DNA from: Alphaproteobacteria bacterium | GTDB lineage: Bacteria; Pseudomonadota; Alphaproteobacteria; Rs-D84; SZUA-605 | NCBI GenBank assembly: GCA_031549385.1 | Contig: JAVBPW010000004.1 | Coordinates: forward strand, 28,184-92,183 | Length of the DNA stretch: 64,000 nucleotides | Direction: 5' to 3' | In this document: positions 10,451-19,380 of the stretch, piece by piece | How positions within the stretch are numbered: the stretch's first letter is position 1 | How the letters are laid out: every line of letters starts with the position of its first letter | Position numbers and translations under genes: made by a program | Notes under the pieces: model-generated | The model's database searches: none | What the model was told of the DNA's origin: nothing | The model's input: only the letters and a program-made list of their open reading frames with translations

Positions 10451-13082
10451 ATTTCTTCACAAATATTTTCTTTAAAAGGGTTACTAAAATAAGATATAAT
10501 AAAATAGTTACAGCCAAAACATAAAAATACATATCAGGCAATGGAACCATTCCAAGACTTCTTCCTAATTCAGAATAAGGAAGTATTGTTCCAACAATTA
10601 TACTCAAAGATGTAATTAAAATCACAGGCCAAGAAGCCCAGCTTTTAATAAAAGGAAATCTTTCAGTTCTCAAGGTATGAATAACTAAAGTTTGAGACCA
10701 AATAGATTCTAAGAACCATCCGGTATGAAACATCATAGCAAAAGTCAATTGAGCTTCTGCAGAAAGTGTTGCATAATTTCCACCAAGTGCCATAGGACAG
10801 ATACAATAAAACATTATAAAATATGTAGTAATATCAAATATAGAACTAGTTGGTCCAATCCAAAACATAAAGTTTTTTATAGAAGAAGTATCCCACTTAC
10901 GAGGCTTTTTTAAATATTCTTTATCTACATTATCCCAAGGAATAGCCATACAAGAAATATCATACATAAGATTAAGCAATAATATTTGTAAAGGCATCAT
11001 AGGTAAGAAAGGCAAGAATGCGCTGGCAATCAAAACAGAGAACATATTACCAAAATTAGAACTAGCAGTCATCTTGATATATTTAATAGTATTAGCATAA
11101 GTTTTTCTACCTTCAATAATTCCATTTCCAAGAACCTTTAAGTCTTTTTCAAGCAAGATTATATTTGCAGACTCTTTAGCAATATCAACAGCATTATTAA
11201 CTGATATAGCCACATCCGCAGCCTTCATAGCCACAGCGTCATTAATACCATCTCCCATAAATCCAACCACGTGACCATTATCACGCAAAGCCTGAACAAC
11301 GCGAGCTTTTTGAGCAGGGGACAATTTAGCAAATATACTACATTTCTCTACATCATCTCTAAGTTCTTGATCGTTCATCTTTTCTATATCAGAACCAAGA
11401 GTGATGCAGGCATTTTTAATACCAACTTCCTGACAAATAAAAGAAGTAACAAATTCATTGTCTCCAGTTAGAACTTTAATATTAACTCCATATTCATAAA
11501 GAGCTTTAATTATATGAGTCACATCTTCTTTAGGTGGATCCAAGAAAGCAAGATACCCAATAAGTATCATATCACTTTCGTCTTTTTCGCTAAAAGTTTT
11601 TTTATCATTTTCTTGTTTATAAGCGAGTGCCAAAACTCTCATTCCTTTAGTATTCAAAGATTTTGCAGTCTTAATTATTTCATTACGTAATTCTTTTGAT
11701 ATAGGCTCAACAGTTTCATTGCGTTGAACATAGGAGCAAACTTGAAGCATTTCTTCCATAGCTCCTTTAGTAATCAATTTAACGTTTCCATTTTTATCTT
11801 CAACAGCCACACTCATTCTGCGTCGATTAAAATCAAAAGGAATTTCATCAAATTTCTTATAGCTATTTTTTTCAATATCCAACTTTTCTTCTGCGGCATG
11901 TTCTATAATAGATATGTCCATAAGATTTTTAAGTCCGGTTTGATGAAAGCTATTTAAAAAAGCATAAAACAAAACATCTTTATCTTCCTTTCCGTCAACA
12001 TTCAAATGATATTCTAATATGATTTTATCAAGTGTAAGTGTTCCTGTTTTATCAGTGCATAAAACATCCATAGCGCCAAAATTTTGAATAGCACTAAGTT
12101 TTTTAACAATAACTTTTTTCTTAGACATAAGAAGGGCGCCTTTGGCTAAATTAGTCGAAACGATCATAGGGAGCATTTCAGGGGTAAGTCCAACAGCAAC
12201 TGACACAGCAAACAAAGTTGCTTCCAACCAATCACCTTTAGTAAATCCATTAACAAATAAAACAATAGGCACCATAACAAGAATGAAACGTATCAACAAC
12301 CAAGATATAGAATTAATACCTATTTCAAAATTATTTTTTACCTTATTAGAATTATCTAATTGTTTAGCAATTCCCCCAAACATAGTTTTTGCTCCAATCG
12401 AAACAACAACAGCAGCTGCAGACCCACTAACAACATTACTTCCCATAAAAGCTAAATTATTGTATTCTAAAGGATTGGTACTTTCATTAGATAAAGCATC
12501 TCCAAATTTTTCAACAGGAGCACTTTCTCCAGTAAGTGATGATTGGCTAATAAATAAATCTTTTGCTGATAAGATTCTAACATCAGCAGGCACCATATCA
12601 CCAGCAGTAAGATAAACAATATCCCCAACAACAAGTTCTTCAATCGAAATATCAATTTTACCAAGTTTGCCACGTTTAACGGTTATGTTAGTTTTAACCA
12701 TATTAGTAAGTTTTTCGACAGCCTTATTACTTTTTCCTTCTTGGGTAAAGCTAATTCCGCCACTCAAAAGCACCATAGACATAACAATTATAACAGAAGT
12801 AAAATTTTCAGCTCCCTTAGCTGCCATATACACATCAGTAAACAAAGAAACAAAAGCAAGAGCTAAAAGTACAATATTAAAAGGATTAACAAAAGAGTCA
12901 AAAAGTCTTTTAAAAACAGAAATTTTCTTTTTATAAGAAATAAGGTTTAATCCATATTTATTTCTTTGGATTTTTACACGTCTTTTATTATACCCATCAA
13001 CAGTATTCTTATACTTTTTAAGTAATACATCTTGAGGTGCTTTTGCAGCAAAAATAATATCACTAATTTTTTCAACAGACAT
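10434..13082 (-). CDS. mgtA: Magnesium-translocating P-type ATPase
   Basis: LTGES, AVGLTPEMLP, DKTGTLT, GDGINDA, SSNFGN, PWDNVD, SQTLVIH. Confidence 0.92.
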   Translation of the reverse strand: MSVEKISDIIFAAKAPQDVLLKKYKNTVDGYNKRRVKIQRNKYGLNLISYKKKISVFKRLFDSFVNPFNIVLLALAFVSLFTDVYMAAKGAENFTSVIIVMSMVLLSGGISFTQEGKSNKAVEKLTNMVKTNITVKRGKLGKIDISIEELVVGDIVYLTAGDMVPADVRILSAKDLFISQSSLTGESAPVEKFGDALSNESTNPLEYNNLAFMGSNVVSGSAAAVVVSIGAKTMFGGIAKQLDNSNKVKNNFEIGINSISWLLIRFILVMVPIVLFVNGFTKGDWLEATLFAVSVAVGLTPEMLPMIVSTNLAKGALLMSKKKVIVKKLSAIQNFGAMDVLCTDKTGTLTLDKIILEYHLNVDGKEDKDVLFYAFLNSFHQTGLKNLMDISIIEHAAEEKLDIEKNSYKKFDEIPFDFNRRRMSVAVEDKNGNVKLITKGAMEEMLQVCSYVQRNETVEPISKELRNEIIKTAKSLNTKGMRVLALAYKQENDKKTFSEKDESDMILIGYLAFLDPPKEDVTHIIKALYEYGVNIKVLTGDNEFVTSFICQEVGIKNACITLGSDIEKMNDQELRDDVEKCSIFAKLSPAQKARVVQALRDNGHVVGFMGDGINDAVAMKAADVAISVNNAVDIAKESANIILLEKDLKVLGNGIIEGRKTYANTIKYIKMTASSNFGNMFSVLIASAFLPFLPMMPLQILLLNLMYDISCMAIPWDNVDKEYLKKPRKWDTSSIKNFMFWIGPTSSIFDITTYFIMFYCICPMALGGNYATLSAEAQLTFAMMFHTGWFLESIWSQTLVIHTLRTERFPFIKSWASWPVILITSLSIIVGTILPYSELGRSLGMVPLPDMYFYVLAVTILLYLILVTLLKKIFVKKYGELL

Positions 13083-13204
13083 GTTTTCCTATCTCCTATA
13101 GTCATAGCTTGATTATCTCATAAAATCCTTCTTTATTCAAGATAATAAATATCAGTTGAAAGATAACTTATTTTCCTATAAACTGTTATAAAACAAGGAT
13201 TCCA

Positions 13205-13651
13205 ATGAAATACATTAAATTATTTTTACTTACCATTATTTTAACATCAACTCTTTTTGCTAGTGATTTAAAATTTACTCATGAAGAAGCTTTTAAAGAA
13301 GCAAATAAAATAAAAGAAAAGTGTTTTAAGAAATATTTAAAAAAAGATAGTTATGAAACTCATACAGCTATGATAGAATTGCATGAGGGTACTTTAGTTT
13401 GTATTAAAGATAAGATCAATAAAGAAATTGAAAAAGGATTCAAAGGTGAGGAAAGAAAGCAAATATTAAAAGAATATGAAGTTTTATATAAAGATTATAT
13501 GATATTTTATAAAAGTTATTATAATTTAAGTAGATATTGCACGCCTTATTGTGGAAATATGACAGTGGAAATTAATATATCTCAGTCTATTAATCTATCT
13601 GTGAATATTCTTTCAGACCTTATTTATTTAAACAAAAATGAAGATTTTTAA
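13205..13651 (+). CDS. Secreted helical Cys-containing hypothetical protein (candidate lysozyme inhibitor/immunity protein)
   Basis: Signal peptide (…STLFA|SD), 4 Cys, SD AAGGA, convergent overlap with a lysozyme gene. The function is inference. Confidence 0.55.
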   Translation: MKYIKLFLLTIILTSTLFASDLKFTHEEAFKEANKIKEKCFKKYLKKDSYETHTAMIELHEGTLVCIKDKINKEIEKGFKGEERKQILKEYEVLYKDYMIFYKSYYNLSRYCTPYCGNMTVEINISQSINLSVNILSDLIYLNKNEDF

Positions 13652-14529
13652 TAAGTTTTAAACTTTAAGGTTTTATATTTCTTTGTTCTATTTTTCCAAC
13701 CATTTTTAGAATCTTTGAAGTTAGCTGTTGTTTCTAAGTATTTATCTCTGTTTTCTAAAAATATATCTATGAAACTGTCTATATTTTCATTAGAAATTAA
13801 GTTTAACGCTTCCACTGTATTGTCTCCAAACAGTCCATCAATATCTAAATTCAAGTTTTGTGTATCGTTCAATGTTTTTTGAAGAATTTTTATTATTTTA
13901 GAGAAATTTCCCATAATTCCTGTATCCATTAAAATAAAAGAAAGTAAAGTATTGTCAATATTTTTAATTTTTCTGTCTTTATAGTAATCAAGATAATAAA
14001 TAGTTTTTGTTTCTTCATTTGTTAATTTATTTACGTCTTTTGAAAAATTAAAATTTTTATGAGTTTTATTGAAATTATTTAGTGTTATATCGGTGATTCC
14101 TCTATTTGTTTCTCTATCTGTTTTAGTTGCAGTTTTAAATCCTCCTTCTTCAGACAATGTTATATTTATAAATTCTTCAAATCTTTCATCAGTTACAATC
14201 TTATTGTTATCATCTAAAAGAACAGGAAATATTTTACATTTACAATTAGGGTGGACTGGTAATAATCCATTAGCATTTTCTTCATTTTCAAAAATTTTTC
14301 CATCAAGTTTCTTACAGTTTTCACAAGTGTTTTCATTATTTTCTGCTTTATAAATATAAGCTAGTCTAATTATTTTGTTTCTTCCAGAATTATCTTTTTG
14401 TTCATTTTCTGGAAATTTTTCTTTAAACCAATTATAAACTTTATTTACAACTTCTTGATGTTCGGGTTTTAAATTGTTTTTAGAGCTTTCACTATTCATT
14501 AAATCTTGAATTTTTTTTGGTATATTCAT
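13648..14529 (-). CDS. Fusion of a phage MuF (gpF-like) Cys/His motif, a GH108 lysozyme and a peptidoglycan-binding domain
   Basis: TCENCKKLDGKIF...PVHPNCKC (MuF C-terminal motif); EEGGF...ETNRGIT (GH108); IDGLFGDNT...GWKNR (PG_binding_3-like). Confidence 0.75.
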   Translation of the reverse strand: MNIPKKIQDLMNSESSKNNLKPEHQEVVNKVYNWFKEKFPENEQKDNSGRNKIIRLAYIYKAENNENTCENCKKLDGKIFENEENANGLLPVHPNCKCKIFPVLLDDNNKIVTDERFEEFINITLSEEGGFKTATKTDRETNRGITDITLNNFNKTHKNFNFSKDVNKLTNEETKTIYYLDYYKDRKIKNIDNTLLSFILMDTGIMGNFSKIIKILQKTLNDTQNLNLDIDGLFGDNTVEALNLISNENIDSFIDIFLENRDKYLETTANFKDSKNGWKNRTKKYKTLKFKTY

Positions 14530-14557
14530 ATTTTATTCCTTATTAAGTTATTAAATT

Positions 14558-14609
14558 AAAAAAGCCTACATTTCTGTAGGCAATAAAAAAGATGGATACT
14601 ATCCACCTT
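14558..14609 (-). terminator. Two tandem intrinsic terminator-like hairpins in the leader of the MuF-lysozyme gene
   Basis: Minus strand: AAGGTGGAT-AGT-ATCCATCTT-TTTT, then GCCTACA-GAAA-TGTAGGC-TTTTTT. Confidence 0.6.
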
Positions 14610-14621
14610 AAACATAATATC

Positions 14622-14650
14622 ATTATAGTAAAAATTTTCTGAAAAATCAA
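14622..14650 (-). promoter_or_regulatory. Putative sigma70 promoter
   Basis: Minus strand TTGATT-17 nt-TATAAT. Confidence 0.55.
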
Positions 14651-14667
14651 GTGTTTTTATTAAAATA

Positions 14668-14696
14668 TTGCTATTTTCAAAATCCTATGTTAAAGT
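14668..14696 (+). promoter_or_regulatory. Putative sigma70 promoter
   Basis: TTGCTA-17 nt-TAAAGT with an extended -10 TGn. Confidence 0.45.
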
Positions 14697-14734
14697 TTTA
14701 AAAACTTAAATTCTAAACATTAAAAAATCCAAAT

Positions 14735-15433
14735 ATGAGTAATAGAATTGAATCAATTTGCAAGAAGAACATTGCAAGGAAGAATATGTTAGGCAAAATC
14801 CTAAAGCAGGGGATTACGTTTTCAAAAGACCCAAGGTTTTTAACCTTTGAAGAAATAGTCTGTGAAAGTGGACTTAATTCCAAACAGCTTTATGGATATT
14901 GGCAAGAAGCAAAGAAAAGAACTTTCCCGTTTTCCAAAAAAGAAGATAAGATAGTTGATATTTTGCTTAGTACATATACGAAAAGTGTTATATTTTTTGC
15001 TACCTCTGCTGTTTGGATGCATCCTCAAAGAAATCTGTGTTATTCGCCACAAATAGAACATCCCGACACATGGTATCATGCTCTCAAAATGCATAGTGGA
15101 AAAGATAGTGCAAATTACTATGAGTGTTATCATAGGTTTGTAGAATGGTATCCTCCAAATGAATATTTTGAAGAACCTATTTTCGATATTATATCTCCCG
15201 AGGAAGCTGATTTTTGCACTAATTCGGAAAAATTAAAGCGAAAAAACATCCACAGGGATGTGTTTCTTTATGATGCTACTCCAAAAATTGTGACGATTAG
15301 GTTTGCGATGAGCTTGCCGGAAGAATTCAAATCTATCTCTCAAAATCTTGATAATGTATACATGGTCAAGTATGTAAAAGGAGACGGTTATTTTCCAGAA
15401 AGGCTCTATTTCAACAGCTCTCCAGCTAAATGA
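14735..15433 (+). CDS. Hypothetical cytoplasmic protein (orphan)
   Basis: 232-aa ORF with its own promoter and terminator; no recognised motif. Confidence 0.6.
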   Translation: MSNRIESICKKNIARKNMLGKILKQGITFSKDPRFLTFEEIVCESGLNSKQLYGYWQEAKKRTFPFSKKEDKIVDILLSTYTKSVIFFATSAVWMHPQRNLCYSPQIEHPDTWYHALKMHSGKDSANYYECYHRFVEWYPPNEYFEEPIFDIISPEEADFCTNSEKLKRKNIHRDVFLYDATPKIVTIRFAMSLPEEFKSISQNLDNVYMVKYVKGDGYFPERLYFNSSPAK

Positions 15434-15444
15434 TTATCATTAAC

Positions 15445-15470
15445 AAATCCTCCATTGTGGGGATTTTTAT
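15445..15470 (+). terminator. Intrinsic terminator
   Basis: AAATCCTC-loop-GGGGATTT plus T-tract. Confidence 0.55.
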
Positions 15471-15532
15471 TTTTCTTGTTATTGCTCAAAAAATAAAGTA
15501 GCATCAAAATAACAACTTTAAAAGGAACCAAA

Positions 15533-16042
15533 GTGTCAGATAAAACATTAAGAATAAAAGAAACTGCTAAAATAAGAGAACTAGAAGAAAGATTAATAAT
15601 AATAGAACGCAGATTAAAAGTAAAAGACGAAGAAAGTCAAGTTCCAGAACATAAAGAGCATGATTTTAAATCAAGACCACCAAAGAAATTTGACGACCAT
15701 AAACCAAGAAAATTTGGCGATAGAAAACCAAGAGAGTTTGGAGACAGAAAGCAAAGAGAGTTTGGCGACAGAAAACCAAGAGAATTTGGTGATAGAAAGT
15801 CAAGAGAGTTTGGCGACAGAAAACCAAGAGAATTTGGTGATAGAAAGCCAAGAGAATTTGGTGATAGAAAGCCAAGAGAATTTGGAGACAGAAAGCCAAG
15901 AGAATTTGGTGATCGTAAACCAAGAGAATTCGGTGATAGAAAACCAAGATCTTCATTTTCATCAGGAAAATCATTTGGTAAAAAGGATTTTGGTAAATCC
16001 AAGCCTCGATCTTTTTCCAAATCGAAACCAAGATCAAAATAA
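15533..16042 (+). CDS. Basic low-complexity protein: N-terminal coiled coil + (KPREFGDR)10
   Basis: SD AAGGA, GTG start, downstream terminator. Repeat variation is mostly synonymous in this frame. Confidence 0.75.
   Translation: MSDKTLRIKETAKIRELEERLIIIERRLKVKDEESQVPEHKEHDFKSRPPKKFDDHKPRKFGDRKPREFGDRKQREFGDRKPREFGDRKSREFGDRKPREFGDRKPREFGDRKPREFGDRKPREFGDRKPREFGDRKPRSSFSSGKSFGKKDFGKSKPRSFSKSKPRSK
15701..15949 (+). repeat. 24-bp coding tandem repeat, 10 full copies plus a partial
   Basis: Unit AARCCAAGAGARTTTGGNGAYAGA counted directly at 15701-15940. Confidence 0.95.
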
Positions 16043-16046
16043 AAAT

Positions 16047-16074
16047 AAAAAAGTCGCCAAGTTGGCGATTTTTT
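16047..16074. terminator. Bidirectional intrinsic terminator
   Basis: A-tract-GTCGCC-AAGTT-GGCGAT-T-tract, between the repeat gene and the tRNA. Confidence 0.7.
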
Positions 16075-16080
16075 ATTTAG

Positions 16081-16155
16081 TGGCGACCCCAACGGGATTC
16101 GAACCCGTGTTAGCGCCTTGAAAGGGCGCTGTCCTAACCGTTAGACGATGGGGTC
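16081..16155 (-). tRNA. tRNA-Glu(TTC)
   Basis: Reverse complement GACCCCATCGTCTAACGGTTAGGACAGCGCCCTTTCAAGGCGCTAACACGGGTTCGAATCCCGTTGGGGTCGCCA: cloverleaf, anticodon TTC, encoded CCA. Confidence 0.97.
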
Positions 16156-16288
16156 TAAATTAAAACTTACGACATTATATGGGTATTTTTTCAAAAAATC
16201 AAGAGTTTTTGAAATAAGTCCTTAAAAATTGATAATTTTACTTTTTTTCCAAGCCTTTTTATGATATAATCTTATCACAGGGAGAGAA

Positions 16289-18232
16289 ATGAGAAGGTAT
16301 TTATACTTATTATTAGCCGTATTTATAATGGCATTTTCGCTTAGTAGCGGATATGCGCAGGTTGGTGTTTCTCCGACTCAAAGAAAAATTCTCGATAATT
16401 CAAATAAGAAAAAAGTATCTGCTCGTTCAGCTGCATCAACATCTTCTCAAGCAAAGGCTCCAGCAGTAAGTTCTACAAGTTCAGTAGTTCAGTCAAGTAT
16501 GGCAAATACAGATTCTTCAAGAGTTCCTACATCAACAACATCAGCTCGTGTAATGGGAGCGCAAAAAACTCAAGCCTTAAAAGAGTTAGGTCCTGGTTCA
16601 AAGTCAGCTGTTTGTGCCAGATATCAAAAAAATTGTGATAAGTTATATGATGAGAAAGCAGGTAAATTCAAAAATGCAGATTGTGAAAAATATGCTGCAG
16701 AATGTGTAGAGTTTATGGGTATTACAGATGCAAAATGTATAGAAAAAATGGACAGATGTATAGCTCAATTTTGTTATCCAGAAGAAGTTTGCTCTGATTA
16801 TGATACAACTATGGAATTAGTAAAATCATGCTTAACAGATCTAGGTGGTTTTGAAAGATATGCTTGTAAAGAAAGGCAACTTAAAGCTTCAGTAAAGAAA
16901 ATGAATTCAATAGTTCAATCAAAATCAGCACAAGCAAAGGCACAAAGTGAAGCTGACAGTTATAAAGCTCAAGTGGCAAAACTTCAACAACAAAACGAAA
17001 AGCAACAAGCTGATGCTCAAGCTGCAATTGAAAGAGCTAGACAAGAGGCAGTAGAAGCAGCCTCAGCAGCACTTGCTCCGTCATCAGCTCAAGGTTTAAT
17101 AGCAGAAGCTCAAGCGGAAAAACCAGAATTTTCATTACCAGATGAATATAACAATTGCTATTCAAAATACCAAAGAGCATATAACTTAATGCAAACAGTA
17201 GAAACATATTCAAACTGTCAAATAGATGGTAAAAATCCAAAGATGTATTTGCAAGCTGATGCAAATAATTTTGATGTATTAGATTTGTTGAGTATGGTAG
17301 GAAATTCAAGAGAATCAACTGATATATGTCAAAATTTACCACCAAGATTAAAAATGTCACGTTATAAAATTCATGATATGACTGCGGCGGTAAATGAATA
17401 TAAATCATGTGTATCAGATGTATTAAAAAAGGCAAATAAAGAAGATGGTGCTAACAAATCAAGCATAACAAATTTAACCAAATTATTAACATTCTTACGT
17501 ACTTCAAATGTAAATAATATAGCCGACCGAATGGATGCTTTTAATTTTATAAGTCCAAGAGCAGATGCTACAGGTATTTATCAATATTATCCAGAAACAG
17601 TTATAACTTTTAAATCTCCAGAAGGTTTAGTCGTTCCTTCAGGAAATAAAACAGAAATGAGTGACGTTAGAAGTGATGCAAAAATAATGTTATCTGCATC
17701 AATATACTATGCAAGAACACTAATGAATTTGACTGAATTTGTAAACGAAGAATTTGAAAAATATGCTGCTGGTTCAAATGTAGACATTAAAGTAGCTCAA
17801 AGTCAAACAGGTAAAGATTGTAATACTTTAAAAGGTGAAGAAAGATTATATTGCATACAAATGGGTGCTATTGAAGCTGCTACTGATTTAAAAGCAAATT
17901 ATGCTACTAACAGATCTGTAGCTCAAAGAGCTATAGCTTCATTAAAAAATTACGGTTATCAAGTAGGAAAAGGTCCTGATTGTGCAAGTATAACAATCCC
18001 AACACAAAATGAAATAGATGGTCGAAATGCTGATGGTACAACTTTTGATAATAAAGCTGTATTAAAAACTTTCACAGACAGTGTAGAAAAATGTATAAAC
18101 GCCATAACTCAAGCAACATATACTCCAACACAAACACAGAGTGGTATTAATCCTTTCAATCCATGGACTTGGGGAGGTGGGTCCTACAATACAATTCCCA
18201 GCGGGACAGAGCCAATCCAAAGTCCTTTCTAG
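16289..18232 (+). CDS. Large exported Cys-rich/coiled-coil protein; probably the N-terminal part of a frameshifted M23 peptidase gene
   Basis: SD GGGAG, signal peptide (…GYA|Q), Ser-rich linker, many Cys, Q/A-rich coiled coil. Confidence 0.7.
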   Translation: MRRYLYLLLAVFIMAFSLSSGYAQVGVSPTQRKILDNSNKKKVSARSAASTSSQAKAPAVSSTSSVVQSSMANTDSSRVPTSTTSARVMGAQKTQALKELGPGSKSAVCARYQKNCDKLYDEKAGKFKNADCEKYAAECVEFMGITDAKCIEKMDRCIAQFCYPEEVCSDYDTTMELVKSCLTDLGGFERYACKERQLKASVKKMNSIVQSKSAQAKAQSEADSYKAQVAKLQQQNEKQQADAQAAIERARQEAVEAASAALAPSSAQGLIAEAQAEKPEFSLPDEYNNCYSKYQRAYNLMQTVETYSNCQIDGKNPKMYLQADANNFDVLDLLSMVGNSRESTDICQNLPPRLKMSRYKIHDMTAAVNEYKSCVSDVLKKANKEDGANKSSITNLTKLLTFLRTSNVNNIADRMDAFNFISPRADATGIYQYYPETVITFKSPEGLVVPSGNKTEMSDVRSDAKIMLSASIYYARTLMNLTEFVNEEFEKYAAGSNVDIKVAQSQTGKDCNTLKGEERLYCIQMGAIEAATDLKANYATNRSVAQRAIASLKNYGYQVGKGPDCASITIPTQNEIDGRNADGTTFDNKAVLKTFTDSVEKCINAITQATYTPTQTQSGINPFNPWTWGGGSYNTIPSGTEPIQSPF

Positions 18233-18623
18233 AAGTTTTATATCAAGTGCTTTTGGTTTAAGAGATATAAGTGATCAAGAACCTAATGCAACAACTGATC
18301 ATAAAGGTATAGATATTCCATTGCCTATGAATACAGATATTAAGGCTGTGTGGACTGGAAAAGTTAAAAGTACAGCAACAGGAACAGGTAAGGGTGGGGA
18401 TATAGTTGTGCTCGAACATCCAAATGGTTTAACAACGCATTATATTCATATAAATCAAGCTATGGTAACTGTAGGTCAAATGGTTCAACAAGGTCAAGTA
18501 ATAGCAAAATCTGGAAATTCTGGAACATCTACAACGGGTCCTCATTTACATTTTGAAATAAGGGAAAATGGTACCCCTGTAAATCCTTGTGGTGAAAAAT
18601 ATCTAAATTGTGACGGTAAATAA
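18141..18623 (+). CDS. M23 family metallopeptidase domain (likely the frameshifted continuation of the upstream ORF)
   Basis: ISSAFGLR, HKGID (HxxxD), THYIH, SGNSG, GPHLHFEIR, PVNP. No convincing RBS or start of its own. Confidence 0.8.
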   Translation: MVLILSIHGLGEVGPTIQFPAGQSQSKVLSRSFISSAFGLRDISDQEPNATTDHKGIDIPLPMNTDIKAVWTGKVKSTATGTGKGGDIVVLEHPNGLTTHYIHINQAMVTVGQMVQQGQVIAKSGNSGTSTTGPHLHFEIRENGTPVNPCGEKYLNCDGK

Positions 18624-18690
18624 TAAAAACCTTGAATTTTTTCAATATATTTCGTATACTTTTCAAGTAATTAATAAAAGAGGTAGTATT

Positions 18691-18963
18691 ATGAAAAAAT
18701 TATTATGTGTTGCATTAATAGTAGGAGTATCTCCATCATTTGCATATATATTAAAAGATGCAAAGAATATAAGTGGAACTCAAACAATGATAGCAACATG
18801 TCAAAACTTTGATAATTCATCATCAGATGTAATCTGTATGGTAAAAAGAAAAGAAATGTCAGCGGGTCAATGGGGTCCTTGGATTATCACAGGTAAAAAA
18901 GGAACATTTAAAACTTTTGAAGCAGCGTTAAGTGAATGTTGTGCATCTAATTCAAAAAAATAA
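18691..18963 (+). CDS. Small secreted Cys-containing hypothetical protein
   Basis: Start re-called at ATG 18691 (SD AGAGG; MKKLLCVALIVGVSPSFA signal peptide). Confidence 0.65.
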   Translation: MKKLLCVALIVGVSPSFAYILKDAKNISGTQTMIATCQNFDNSSSDVICMVKRKEMSAGQWGPWIITGKKGTFKTFEAALSECCASNSKK

Positions 18964-18988
18964 AAGTTTTATGAATTAAAATTAAAAT

Positions 18989-19012
18989 GTCGGATTATCT
19001 CCGACTTTTTTT
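18989..19012 (+). terminator. Intrinsic terminator
   Basis: GTCGGA-TTATC-TCCGAC-T7. Confidence 0.7.
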
Positions 19013-19019
19013 ATTTTAT

Positions 19020-19325
19020 TTAAAATTCTACAAATTTTTCTAAATCATTTAGATTAAAAGTTATATCGTAAAAACTTAGTGTCATTCTATTAATTTCATC
19101 AATTAATTCTTTTTTAGTTTTAAATATTTTTTTGGGGAAATTGTTTTCTGAAATAAATACTTGTTTTTCATAATCTTTATATGCGATATCTTTATGACCT
19201 ATCCATTTTCCGTCTTTGTCATAACAATTTAAAGCATAAGCAAGTCCGTATCTGGAAACTTCTTCTAAAAGCAGGTATTCTCCACTTCCATCATTAAAAT
19301 CATATTTTAAATTATTATCAAGCAT
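19020..19325 (-). CDS. Hypothetical acidic protein
   Basis: 101-aa ORF with SD AAGGA. Confidence 0.55.
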   Translation of the reverse strand: MLDNNLKYDFNDGSGEYLLLEEVSRYGLAYALNCYDKDGKWIGHKDIAYKDYEKQVFISENNFPKKIFKTKKELIDEINRMTLSFYDITFNLNDLEKFVEF

Positions 19326-19380
19326 TATTTTCCTTATTTTTATTTTAAGCTACCACTTAAATTAAGTAGTAGCTTCTTAT

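Noticed and set aside
13083-13204. Mg2+ riboswitch or mgtL leader upstream of mgtA
   Set aside because: Only a 122-bp AT-rich divergent gap, with no structured leader or Pro-rich leader ORF evident.
15701-15949. Possible CRISPR array
   Set aside because: The units are contiguous 24-mers with no spacers, variation follows codon positions, and there are no cas genes.
15637-16121. Alternative-frame ORFs over the repeat (15637-, 15660+, 15666-)
   Set aside because: They are open only because a 24-bp unit lacks stops. Synonymous variation, the SD and the terminator support the KPREFGDR frame.
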